NCBI GenBank assembly: GCA_964016885.1
Contig: OZ024743.1
Coordinates: forward strand, 114,080,001-114,144,000
Origin: Eledone cirrhosa
Lineage: Eukaryota
DNA length: 64,000 nt
Direction: 5' to 3'
Part shown: piece by piece, positions 37,201-54,322 of the stretch
Position numbering within the stretch: position 1 is the first letter of the stretch
Layout of the letters: the number at the start of each line of letters is the position of its first letter
Made by a program: the position numbers and the translations under genes
Notes under the pieces: generated by a model
Databases searched by the model: none
What the model was told of the DNA's origin: nothing
The model's input: the letters and a program-made list of their open reading frames with translations, nothing else

Positions 37201-39493
37201 ACAGCCACACACACAGACAGAGTGACAAACACACACAGCCACACACACAGACAGAGTGACAAACACAAACAGCCATACACACAGACAGAGTGACAAACAC
37301 ACACAGACACATACACAGGCAGTGTGACATACACACAGAGCCACACACACAGACAGAGTGACATACACACACAGCCACACACACAGACAGACAGAGTGAC
37401 AAACACACACAGCCACACACACAGACAGAGTGACAAACAAACACAGCCACACACAGACAGAGTGACATACACACACAGCCACACACACAAACAGACAGAG
37501 TAACATACACACACAGCCACACACACAGACAGATTGACAAACACACACAGCCACACACACAGACAGAGTGACATACACACACAGCCACACACAAAGACAG
37601 AGTGACATACACACACACACAGAGTGACAAACACACACAGCCACACAGACAGAGTGACATACACACACAGCCACACACACAGACAGAGTGACAAACACAC
37701 ACAGACAGAGTGACAAACACACACAGCCACACACACAGACAAAGTGACATACACACACAGCCACACACACAGACAGAGTGACATACACACACAGCCACAC
37801 ACACAGACAGACAGAGTGACAAACACACACAGCCACACACACAGACAGAGTGACATACACACACAGCCACACACACAGACAGAGTGACATACACACACAG
37901 CCACACACACAGACAGAGTGACAAACACACACAGCCACACACACAGACAGAGTGACAAACACACACAGACACACACACAGGCAGTGTGACATACACACAC
38001 AGCCAGAGTGACAACCACACACAGCCTCACAGAGACAGAGTGACATACACACACAGCCACACACACAGACAGAGTGACATACACACACAGCCAGAGTGAC
38101 AACCACACACAGCCTCACAGAGACAGAGTGACATACACACACAGCCACACACACAGACAGTGTGACAACCACACACAGCCTCACAGAGACAGAGTGACAT
38201 ACAAACACAGCCACACACACAGACAGAGTGACAAACACACACAGCCACACACACAGACAGAGTGACAAACACACACAGCCACACACACAGACAGAGTGAC
38301 ATACACACACAGCCACACACACAGACAGACAGAGTGACAAACACACACAGCCACACACACAGACAGAGTGACAAACACACACAGCCACACACACAAACAG
38401 AGTGACATACAAACACAGCCACACACACAGACAGAGTGACAAACACACACAGCCACACACACAGACAGAGTGACAAACACACACAGCCACACACGCAGAC
38501 AGAGTGACATACACACACAGCCAAACACACAGACAGAGTGACATACACACACAGCCACACACACAGACAGAGTGACAAACACACACAGCCACACACACAG
38601 ACAGAGTGACAACCACACACAGCCACTCACAGACAGAGTGACATACACACACAGCCACACACACAGACAGAGTGACAAACACACACAGCCACACACACAG
38701 ACAGAGTGACATACACACACAGCCACACACACAGACAGAGTGACATACACACACAGCCACACACACAGACAGACAGAGTGACAAACACACACAGCCACAC
38801 ACACAGACAGAGTGACAAACAAACACAGCCACACACAGACAGAGTGACATACACACACAGCCAGAGTGACAACCACACACAGCCTCACAGAGACAGAGTA
38901 ACATACACACACAGCCACACACACAGACAGAGTGACAAACACACACAGCCACACACACAGACAGAGTGACATACACACACAGCCACACACACAGACAGAG
39001 TGACATACACACACAGACAGAGTGACAAACACACACAGCCACACACACAGACAGAGTGACATACACACACAGCCACACACACAGACAGAGTGACATACAC
39101 ACACAGACAGAGTGACAAACACACACAGCCACACACACAGACAGAGTGACAAACAAACACAGACAGAGTGACAAACACACACAGCCACACACACAGACAG
39201 AGTGACATACACACACAGCCACACACACAGACAGAGTGACATACACACACAGCCACACACACAGACAGAGTGACATACACACACAGCCACACACACAGAC
39301 AGAGTGACAAACACACACAGCCACACACACAGACAGAGTGACAAACACACACAGACACACACACAGGCAGTGTGACATACACACACAGCCACACACACAG
39401 ACAGAGTGACATACACACACAGCCAGAGTGACAACCACACACAGCCTCACAGAGACAGAGTGACATACACACACAGCCACACACACAGACAGA

Positions 39494-42400
39494 GTGACAT
39501 ACACACACCGCCAGAGTGACAACCACACACAGCCTCACAGAGACAGAGTGACATACACACACAGCCACACCCACAGCCAGAGTGACAACCACACACAGCC
39601 TCACAGAGACAGAGTGACATACACACACAGCCACACACACAGACAGTGTGACATACACACACAGCCACACACACAGACAGAGTGACATACACACACAGCC
39701 ACACACACAGACAGACAGAGTGACAAACACACACAGCCACACACACAGACAGAGTGACAAACACACACAGCCACACACACAGACAGAGTCACATACAAAC
39801 ACAGCCACACACACAGACAGAGTGACAAACACACACAGCCACACACACAGACAGAGTGACAAACACACACAGCCACACACACAGACAGAGTGACAAACAC
39901 GCACAGCCACACACACACAGACAGAGTGACAAACACAAGCAGACAGAGAGACGAACACACACAGCCTCACACACAGACAGAGTGACATACACACACAGAC
40001 ACACACACAGACAGAGTGACAAACACACATAGCCACACACACAGACAGAGTGACAAATACACACAGACACACACACAGACAGAGTGACATACACACACAG
40101 ACACACACACAGACAGAGTGACAAACACACACAGCCACACACACAGACAGAGTGACAAACACACACAGCCACAAACACAGACAGAGTGACAAACACACAC
40201 AGCCACGCACAGACAGAGTGACATACACACACAGCCACACACACAGACAGAGTGACAAACACACACAGCCACAAACACAGACAGAGTGACAAACACACAC
40301 AGCCACGCACAGACAGAGTGACATACAAACACAGACACACACACAGACAGAGTGACAAACACACACAGCCACACACACAGGCAGAGTGACATACACACAC
40401 GGCCACACACACAGACAGAGTGACAATCACATACAGCCACACACAGCCACACACACAGACAGAGTGACAAACACATACAGCCACACACAAACAGAGTGAC
40501 AAACACACACAGACACACACACAGACAGAGTGACAAACACAAACAGCCATACACACAGACAGAGTGACAAACACACACAGACACACACACAGGCAGTGTG
40601 ACATACACACACAGCCACACACACAGACAGAGTGACATACAGACACAGCCACACACACAGACAGAGTGACAAACACACACAGCCACACACGCAGACAGAG
40701 TGACAACCACACACAGTCACACACAGACAGAGTGACATACACACACAGCCACACACAGCCACACACACAGACAGAGTGACAAACACACACAGCCACACAC
40801 AGCCACACACACAGACAGAGTGACAAACACACACAGCCACACACAGCCACACACACAAACAGAGTGACAAACACACACAGCCACACATACAGACAGAGTG
40901 ACATACACACACAGCCACACACACGGACAGAGTGACAAACACACACAGCCACACACAGATAGAGTGACAAACACACACAGCCACACACACAGACTGAGTG
41001 ACAAACACACACAGCCACACACAGACAGAGTGACAAACACACACAGCCACACACACAGACAGAGTGACAAACACACACAGACAGAGTGACAAACACACAC
41101 ACCCACACACACAGACAGAGTGACAAACACACACAGCCACACACACAGACAGAGTGACAAACATACACATTCACACACACAGACAGAGTGACAAACACAC
41201 ACAGCCACACACAGCCACACACAGCCACACACAGACAGAGTGACAAACACACACAGCCACACACACAGACAGAGTGACAAACACACACAGCCACAAACAG
41301 ACAGAGTGACAAACACACACAGCCACACACACACACACAGACAGAGTGACATTCACACACAGCCACACACACAGACAGAGTGACAAACACACACAGCCAC
41401 ACACAGAGTGAGTGACAAACACACACAGCCACACACAGAGACAGAGTGACAAATACACACACACACACAGACAGAGTGACAAACACACACAACCACACAC
41501 ACAGACAGAGTGACATACACACACAGCCACACACACAGACAGAGTGACAACCACACTCAGCCACACACACAGACAGAGTGACATACACACACAGCCACAC
41601 ACACAGCCACACACACAGACAGTGTGACATACACACACAGCCACACACACAGACAGAGTGACAAACACACACAGCCACACACACAGACAGAGTGACATAC
41701 ACACACAGCCACACACACAGACAGAGTGACAAACACACATAGCCACACACACAGACAGAGTGACAATCACACACAGACACACACACAGACAGAGTGACAT
41801 ACACACACAGCCACATACAAAGACAGCGTGATAAACACACACAGCCACACAGACAGACAGAGTGACAATCACACACAGACACACATACAGACAGAGTGAC
41901 ATACACACACAGCCACATACACAGACAGAGTGACAATCACACACAGACACACACACAGACAGAGTGCCAAACACACACAGCCACACACACAGACAGAGTG
42001 ACATACACACACACACACACACACAGACAGAGTAACAAACACACACAGCCACACACACAGACAGAGTGATATACACACACAGCCACACACACAGACAGTG
42101 TGACATACACACACAGCCACACACACAGTGTGACATACACACACAGCCACACACACAGACAGAGAGACAAACACACACAGACAGAGAGACAAACACACAC
42201 AGACACACACACAGAGTGACAAACACACACAGACACACACGCAGACAGAGTAACAAACACACACAGCCACACAGACAGAGTGACAAACACACACAGCCAC
42301 ACAGACAGAATGACAATCACACACAGACACACACACAGACAGAGTGACATACACACATAGCCACACACAGACAGAGTGACAAACACACACAGATACACAC

Positions 42401-45400
42401 ACACACAGACAGAGTGACATACACACACAGCCACACACAGACAGAGTGACAAACACACACAGATAAACACACACACAGACAGAGTGACATACACACACAG
42501 CCACACACACAGACAGAGTGACAAACACACACAGCCACACACACAGGCAGTGTGACATACACACACAGCCACGCACACAGAGAGTGTGACATACACACAC
42601 AGCCACACACACAGACAGAGTGACATACACACACAGCCACACACACAGACAGAGTGACAAACACACACAGCTACACACACAGACAGAGTGACAAACACAC
42701 ACAGCCACACACACACACAGTGTGACATACACACACAGCCACTCAAAGACAGATTGACAAACACACACAGACACACACACAGACAGAGTGATACACACAC
42801 AGCCACACACACAGACAGAGAGACAAACACACACAGCCACACACACAGACAGAATGACATACACACACAGCCACACACACAGACACAGTGACATACACAC
42901 ACAGCCACACACACAGACAGTGTGACATACACACACAGCCACACACACAGACAGAGAGACAAACACACAGACACACACACAGACAGAGTGACATACACAC
43001 ACAGCCACACACAGACAGAGTGACAAACACACACAACCACACACACAGACAGAGTGACATACACACACAGACACACACGCAGACAGAGTAACAAACACAC
43101 ACAGCCACACATACAGACAGAGTAACAAACACACACAGACCCACACGCAGACAGAGTAACAAACACACACAGCCACACAGACAGAGTGACAAACACACAC
43201 ACACACACAGACAGAGTGACAAACACACACAGACACACACACACAGACAGAGTGACAAACACACACAGCCACACAGACAGAGTGACAAACACACACACAC
43301 ACACAGACAGAGTGACAAACACACACAGACACACACACACAGAAAGTGTGACAAACATACACACACACACAGACAGAGTGACAAACACACACAGACACAC
43401 ACACACAGACAGAGTGACAAACACACACAGACACACACAGACAGAGTAACAAACACACACAGCCACACACACACAGACAGAGTGACAAACACACACAGAC
43501 ACACACAGACAGAGTGACAAACACACACAGCCACACACACACAGACTGAGTGACAAACACACACAGATACACACACACAGACAGAGTGACATACACACAC
43601 AGACAGATTGACAAACACACACAGACACACACACACAGACAAAGTGACATACACACACAGACACACACACAGACAGAGTGACAAACACACCCAGACACAC
43701 ACACACAGACAGAGTGACAAACACACACAGCCACACACACAGACAGAGTGACATACACACACACACACACACACAGACAGAGTGACATACACACACAGAG
43801 TGACTTACACACACACACACACACAGACAGAGTGACATACACACACAGACACACACACAGACAGAGTGACAAACACACACAGCCACACACACAGACAGAG
43901 TGACATACACACACACACACACACACACAGACAGAGTGACAAACACACACAGCCACACACACAGACTGAGTGACAAACACACACAGCCACACACAGACAG
44001 AGTGACAACCACACACACACACACACAGGCAGAGTCACATACACACGCAGCTACACACACAGACTGAGTGACAAACACACACAGCCACACGCAGACAGAG
44101 TGACATACACACACAGACACACACACAGACAGAGTGACATACACACACAGCCACACACACACAGACAGAGTGACAAACACACACAGCCACACACACAGAC
44201 AGAGTGACATACACACACAGCCACACACACAGACAGAGTGACATACACACACAGCCACACACACACAGACAGAGTGACAAACACACACAGACACACACAC
44301 AGACAGAGTGACAAACACACACAGCCACACACACAGACAGCGTGACATACACACACAGCCACACACACAGACAGAGTGACAAACACATACAGCCACACAC
44401 AGCCACACACACAGACAGAGTGACAAACACACACAGCCACACACACATACAGAGTGACAAACACACACAGACACACACACAGACAGAGTGACATACACAC
44501 ACAGCCACACACACAGACAGAGTGACATACAAACACAGCCACACACAGCCACACACAGCCACACACACAGCCACACACACAGACAGAGTGACAAACACAC
44601 ACAGCCACACACAGACAGAGTGACAAACACACACAGCCACACACACAGACAGAGTGACAAACACACACAGCCACACACAGACAGAGTGACAAACACACAC
44701 AGCCACACACACAGACTGAGTGACAAACACACACAGCCACACACAGACAGAGTGACAAACACACACAGCCACACACACAGACAGAGTGACAAACACACAC
44801 AGACAGAGTGACAAACACACACACCCACACACACAGACAGAGTGACAAACACACACAGCCAGATACACAGACAGAGTGACAAACATACACATTCACACAC
44901 ATAGACAGAGTGACAAACACACACAGCCACACACAGCCACACACAGACAGAATGACAAACACACACAGCCACACACACAGACAGAGTGACAAACACACAC
45001 AGCCACAAACAGACAGAGTGACAAACACACACAGCCACACACACACACATAGACAGAGTGACATTCACACACAGCCACACACACAGACAGAGTGACAAAC
45101 ACACACACACACACAGGCAGAGTGACAAACACACACAACCACACACACAGACAGAGTGACATACACACACAGCCACACACACAGACAGAGTGACTTACAC
45201 ACACACACACACACAGACAGAGTGACATACACACACAGACACACACACAGACAGAGTGACAAACACACACACACACACACAGACAAAGTGACAAACACAC
45301 ACAGCCACACACACAGACTGAGTGACAAACACACACAGCCACACACAGACAGAGTGACAACCACACACACACACACACACACAGACAGAGTCACATACAC

Positions 45401-48400
45401 ACGCAGCCACACACACAGACTGAGTGACAAACACACACAGCCACACACAGACAGAGTGACATACACACACAGACACACACACAGACAGAGTGACATACAC
45501 ACACAGACACCCACACAGACAGAGTGACAAACACACACAGCCACACACACAGACAGAGTGACATACACACACACACACAGACAAAGTGACAAACACACAC
45601 AGCCACACACACAGACTGAGTGACAAACACACACAGCCACACACAGACAGAGTGACAACCACACACACACACACAGACAGAGTCACATACAGACGCAGCC
45701 ACACACACAGACTGAGTGAGTGACAACCACACACACACACACAGACAGAGTGACATACACACACAGACACACACACAGACAGAGTGACAAACACACACAA
45801 CCACACACACAGACAGAGTGACAACCACACACACACACACACACAGACAGAGTGACAGACACACACAGCCACACACACAGACAGAGTGACATACACACAC
45901 ACACACACACACAGACAGAGTGGCATACACACACAGACACACACACACAGACACACACACACAGACAGAGAGACAAACACACACAGCGACACACACAGAC
46001 AGAGTGACAAACACACACAGCCACACACAGACAGAGTGACATACACACACACACACACACACACAGACAGAGTGGCATACACACACAGACACACACACAC
46101 ACAGACACACGCAGACAGAGTGACAAACACACACAGCCACACACAGACAGAGTGACACACACACACACACAGACAGAGTGTCATACACACACAGACACAC
46201 ACACACAGACAGAGTGACAAACACACACAGCCACACACAGACAGAGTGACATACACACACAGCCACACACACACAGACAGAGTGACAAACACACACAGCC
46301 ACACACACAGACAGAGTGACATACACACACAGCCACACACACACAGACAGAGTGACAAACACACACAGCCACACACACAGACAGAGTGACATACACACAC
46401 AGCCACACACACACAGACAGAGTGACAAACACACACAGACAGAGTGACAAACACACACAGACACACACAGACAGAGTGACAAACACACACACAGACAGAG
46501 TGACAAACACACACAGACACACACACAGACAGAGTGACAAACACACACACAGACAGAGTGACATGCACACACAGACACAGACACAGACAGAGTGACATAC
46601 ACACACAGACACACACACAGACAGAGTGACATACACACACAGCCACATACAGACAGAGTGCCAAACACACACAGCCACACACACAGACAGAGTGACATAC
46701 ACACACAGACACACACACAGACAGAGTAACAAACACACACAGCCACACACACAGACAGAGTGACATACACACACAACCACACACACACAACCACACACAC
46801 ACAAACAGTGTGACATACACACACAGCCACACACACAGACAGTGTGACATACACACGCAGCCACACACACAGACAGATTGACATACACACACAGCCACAC
46901 ACACAGACAGAGTGACATACACACACAGACACACACACAGACGGAGAGACAAACACACACAGCCACACACACAGACAGAGTGACATACACACACAGCCAC
47001 ACACACAGACAGATTGACATACACACACAGCCACACACACAGACAGAGTGACATACACACACAGCCACACACACAGGCAGAGAGACAAACACACACAGCC
47101 ACACACACAGACAGAGTGACATACACACACAGCCACACACACACAGACAGTGTGACATACACACACAGCCACACACACAGACAGATTGACATACACACAC
47201 GGCCACACACACAGACAGCGTGACATACACACACAGCCACACACACAGACAGAGAGACAAACACACACAGCCACACACACAGACAGAGTGAGATACACAC
47301 ACAGCCACACACACAGACAGATTGACATACACACACAGCCACACACACAGACAGAGTGACATACACACACAGCCACACACACAGACAGAGAGACAAACAC
47401 ACACAGCCACACACACAGCCACACACACAGACAGTGTGACATACACACACAGCCACACACACAGTGTGACATACACACACAGCCACACACACAGACAGAG
47501 AGACAAACACACAGACACACACACAGACAGAGTGACAAACACACACGGCCACACACACAGACAGTGTGACATACACACACAGACACACACACAGACAGAG
47601 TGACAAACACACACAGCCACACACACAGACAGAGTGACAAACACACACAGCCACACACACAGACAGTGACAAACGCACACAGACAGAGGGACATACACAC
47701 ACAGGCACACACACAGACAGAGTGACAAACACACACAGCCACACAGACAGAGTGACAAACACACACACACACACAGACAGAGTGACAAACACACACAGAC
47801 ACACACAGACAGAGTGACAAACATACACACACACACAGACAGAGTGACAAACACACACAGACAAACACACACAGACAGAGTGACAAACACACACAGACAC
47901 ACACAGACAGAGTGACAAACATACACACACACACAGACAGAGTGACAAACACACACAGACAAACACACACAGAGTGACAAACACACACAGACACACACAG
48001 ACAGAGTGACAAACACACACAGCCACACACACACAGACAGAGTGAGAAACACACACAGACAGAGTGACATACACACATAGCCACACACACAGACAGAGTG
48101 ACATACACACACAGCCACACACACACAGACAGAGTGACAAACACACACAGACAGAGTGACAAACACACACAGACACACACACAGACAGAGTGACAAACAC
48201 ACACACAGACAGAGTGACAAACACACAGAGCCACACACAGACAGAGTGACATGCACACTCAGTCACACACACAGACAGAGTGACAAACACACACAGCCAC
48301 ATACAGACAGAGTGCCAAACACACACAGCCACACACACAGACAGAGTGACATACACACACAGCCACACACACAGACAGTGTGACATACACACACAGCCAC

Positions 48401-49117
48401 ACACACAGACAGTGTGACATACACACACAGCCACACACACAGACAGTATGACATACACACACAGCCACACACACAGACAGAGTGACATACACACACAGCC
48501 ACACACACAGACAGAGAGACAAACACACACAGCCACACACACAGACAGAGTGACATACACACACAGCCACACACACAGACAGAGTGACAAACACACACAG
48601 CCACACACACAGACAGAGAGACAAACACACAGACACACACACAGACAGAGTGACAAACACACACGGCCACACACACAGACAGTGTGACATACACACACAG
48701 ACATACATGCAGACAGAGTAACAAACACACACAGCCACACATACACACAGAGTAACAAACACACACAGACACACACGCAGACAGAGTAACAAACACACAC
48801 AGCAACACAAACAGAGTGACAAACACACACACACACACACAGACAGAGTGACAAACACACACACACACACAGACAGAGTGACAAACACACACAGACACAC
48901 ACAGACAGAGTGACACACATACACACACACACAGACAGAGTGACAAACACACACAGACACACACACACAGACAGAGTGACAAACACACACAGCCACACAC
49001 ACAGACAGAGTGACATACACACACAGCCACACACACAGACAGAGTGACATACACACACAGCCACACATACAGACAGAGTGACATACACACACACACACAC
49101 ACACACAGACAGAGTGG

Positions 49118-49155
<38 letters not shown>

Positions 49156-49317
49156 GAGTGACAACCGCACACACACACACACACACAGACAGAGTGACAA
49201 ACACACACAGCCACACACAGACAGAGTGACATACACACACACACACACACACACACAGACAGAGTGACATACACACACAGACACACACACAAAGACAGAG
49301 TGACATACACACACAGA
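39494..49317. repeat. Higher-order repeat copy 1
   Basis: Identical ORF translations at 39494/54323, 39601/54430, 42066/56921, 42688/57645, 45156/59845, 48448/63133. Confidence 0.9.
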
Positions 49318-51296
49318 CACACACAGACAGAGTGACATACACACACAGCCACACACACACAGACAGAGTGACAAACACACACAGCCACACACACAGACAG
49401 AGTGACATACACACACAGCCACACACACAGACAGACTGACATACACACACAGCCTGAGTGACAACCACACACACACACACAGACAGAGTGACAAACACAC
49501 ACACACACACAGACAGAGTGACATACACACATACACACACACACACACAGACAGAGTGACATACACACACAGACACACACAAAGACAGAGTGACATACAC
49601 ACACAGACAAACACAGACAGAGTGACATACACACACACACACACAGACAGAGTGACAAACACACACAGACACACACAGACAGAGTGACACACATACACAC
49701 ACACACAGACAGAGTGACAAACACACACAGCCACACACACAGACAGAGTGACATACACACACAGCCACACACACAGACAGAGTGACATACACACACAGCC
49801 ACACACACAGACAGAGTGGCATACACACACAGACACACACACACACATACACACACAGACAGAGTGACAACCACACACACACACACACACACACAGACAG
49901 AGTGACAAACACACACAGCCACACACAGACAGAGTGACATACACACATACACACACACACACACACAGACAGAGTGACATACACACACAGACACACACAC
50001 AAAGACAGAGTGACATACACACACAGACAAACACAGACAGAGTGACATACACACACACAGACACACACACACACAGACAGAGTGACATACACACTCAGCC
50101 ACACACACAGACAGAGTGACAAACACACACAGCCACACACACAGACAGAGTGACAAACACACACACCCACACACACCGACAGAGTGACATGCACACACAG
50201 CCACACACACAGACATAGTGACATACACACACAGACACACACACAGACAGAGGGATAAACACACACACCCACACACACAGACAGAGTGACATACACACAC
50301 AGCCACACACAGACAGAGTGACAAACACACACAGCCGCACACACAGACAGAGTGACAAACACACACAAACACAGACACAGACAGAGTGACATGCACACAC
50401 AGCCACACACACAGACAGAGTGACAAACACACACAACCACACACACAGACAGAGTGACAAACACACACAGCCACACACACAGACAGAGTGACAAACACAC
50501 ACAGCCACACACACAGACAGAGTGACAAACACACACAAACACAGACACAGACAGAGTGACATGCACACACAGCCACACACACAGACAGAGTGACAAACAC
50601 ACACAACCACACACACAGACAGAGTGACAAACACACACAAACACAGACACAGACAGAGTGACATGCACACACAGCCACACACACAGACAGAGTGACATGC
50701 ACACACAGCCACACACACAGACAGAGTGACATACACACACAGCCACACACACCCACACACAGACAGAGTGACAAACACACACAACCACACACACAGACAG
50801 AGTGACAAACACACACAGCCACACACACAGACAAAGTGACAAACACACACAGCCACACACACCCACACACAGACAGAGTGACAAACACACACAGACAGAG
50901 TGACAAACACACACAGCCACACACAGACAGAGTGACAAGCACACACAGCCACACACACCCACACACAGACAGAGTGACAAACACACACAACCACACACAC
51001 AGACAGAGTGACATACACACACAAACAGAGTGATAAACACACACAGCCACACACACAGACATAGTGACATACACACACAGACAGAGTGACATTCACACAC
51101 AGCCACACACACACAGACAGAGTGACATACACACACAGCCACACACACACAGACAGAGTAACATACACACACAGCCACACACACAGACAGAGTGACATAC
51201 ACACACAGCCACACACACAGACAGAGTCACAAACACACACACACACATACTCACAGACAGAATGACAAACACACACAGCCACACACAAACAGAGTG

Positions 51297-51333
<37 letters not shown>

Positions 51334-51624
51334 GAGTGACATACACACACAGCCACACACAGACAGAGTGACATACACACACAGCCACACACACAGACAG
51401 AGTGACATACACACACAGCCACACACACAGACAGAGTGACAAACACACACAGACACACACACAGACAGAGTGACAACCACACACAGACAGAGTGACAAAC
51501 ACACAAAGACACACACACAGACAGAGTGACATACACACACACACACACAGACAGAGTAACAAACACACACAGACACACACACAGACAGAGTGACATACAC
51601 ACACAGCCACACACAGACAGAGTG

Positions 51625-51673
<49 letters not shown>

Positions 51674-52543
51674 GGCATACACACACAGACAGAGTGACCA
51701 CACACAGCCACACACACAGACACAGTGACATACACACACAGACACACACACAGACAGAGTAACATACACACACAGCCACACACACAGACAGAGTGACATA
51801 CACACACAGACAGTGTGACATACACACACAGCCACACACACAGACAGTGTGACATACACACACAGCCACACACACAGACAGAGAGACATACACACACAGA
51901 CAGTGTGACATACACACACAGACACACACGCAGACAGAGTAACAAACACACACAGACACACAGACAGAGTGACAAACACACACACACACACAGACAGAGT
52001 GACAAACACACACAGACACACACACACAGACAGAGTGACAAACACACACAGCCACACAGACAGAGTGACAAACACACACACACACACACAGAGTGACAAA
52101 CACACACAGACACACACACACAGAGACAGAGTGACAAACATACACACACACAGAGACAGAGTGACAAACACACACAGACACTCACACACAGACAGAGTGA
52201 CAAACACACACAGACACACACACACAGACAGAGTGACAAACACACACAGACACACACACACAGACAGAGTAATAAACACACACAGCCACACACACAGACA
52301 GAGTGACAACCACACACACACACACACAGACAGAGTGACAAACACACACAGCCACACACAGACAGAGTGACATACACACACACACACACACACACACAGA
52401 CAGAGTGACATACACACACAGACACACACACAAAGACAGAGTGACATACACACACATACACACACAGACAGAGTGACATACGCACACAGCCACACACACA
52501 CAGACAGAGTGACATACACACACAGCCACACACAGACAGAGTG

Positions 52544-52579
<36 letters not shown>

Positions 52580-54180
52580 AGACAGAGTGACATACACACA
52601 TAGACACACACACAGACAGAGTAACAAACACACACAGCCACACACACAGACAGAGTGACATACACACACCGCCACACACACAGACAGTGTGACATACACA
52701 CACAGCCACACACACAGACAGTGTGACATACACACACAGCCACACACACAGACAGAGAGACAAACACTCACAGCCACACACACAGACAGAGTGACATACA
52801 CACACAGCCACAGACACAGACAGTGTGACATACACACACAGCCACACACACAGTGTGACATACACACACAGCCACACACACAGACAGAAAGACAAACACA
52901 CAGACACACACACAGACAGAGTGACAAACACACAGCCACACACACAGACAGTGTGACATACACACACAGCCACACACACAGACAGTGTGACATACACACA
53001 CAGACACACACGCAGACAGAGTAACAAACACACACAGCCACACATACAGACAGAGTAACAAACACACACAGACACACAGACAGAGTGACAAACACACACA
53101 GACACACACACACAGACAGAGTGACAAACACACACAGCCACACACACAGAGTGACAAACACACACACACACACACAGACAGAGTGACAAACACACACAGA
53201 CACACACACACAGACAGAGTGACAAACATACACACACACAGAGACAGAGTGACACACACAGACACACACACACAGACAGAGTGACAAACACACACAGATA
53301 CACACACACAGACAGAGTGACATACACACACAGCCACACACAGACAGAGTGACAAACACACACATATACACACACACAGACAGAGTGACATACACACACA
53401 GACACACACACACAGACAGAGTGACTTACACACACACACACACACAGACAGAGTGACATACACACACAGTCACACACAGCCACACACAGCCACACACACA
53501 GCCACACACACAGACAGAGTGACAAACACACACAGCCACACACAGACAGAGTGACAAACACACACAGCCACACACACAGACTGAGTGACAACCACACACA
53601 CACACACAGACTGAGTGACAAACACACACACACACACAAACACAGACAGAGTGACATACACACTCAGCCACACACACAGACAGAGTGACATACACACACA
53701 GACAGAGTGACAAACACACACAGCCACACACAGACAGAGTGACAACCACACACACACAACCACACACACAGACAGAGTGACAAACACACACAGCCACACA
53801 CACAGACAGAGTGACATACACACACACACACACACACAGACAGAGTGGCATACACACACAGACACGCACACACACAGAGTGACTTACACACACACATACA
53901 CACACACACAGACAGAGTGACATACACACACAGACACACACACAGACAGAGTGACAAACACACACAGACACACACACACAGACAGAGTGACAAACACACA
54001 CAGCCACACACAGACAGAGTGACATACACACACAGACAGAGTGACATACACACACAGCCACACACAGAGAGAGTGACATACACACACAGCCACACACACA
54101 CAGACAGAGTGACATACACACACAGCCACACACACAGACAGAGTGACATACACACACAGCCACACACACAGACAGAGTGA

Positions 54181-54216
<36 letters not shown>

Positions 54217-54322
54217 GAGTGACATACACACACAGCCACACACACACAGACAGAGTGACAAACACACACAGCCACACACACAGACAGAGTGACACACACA
54301 CACAGCCACACACACAGACAGA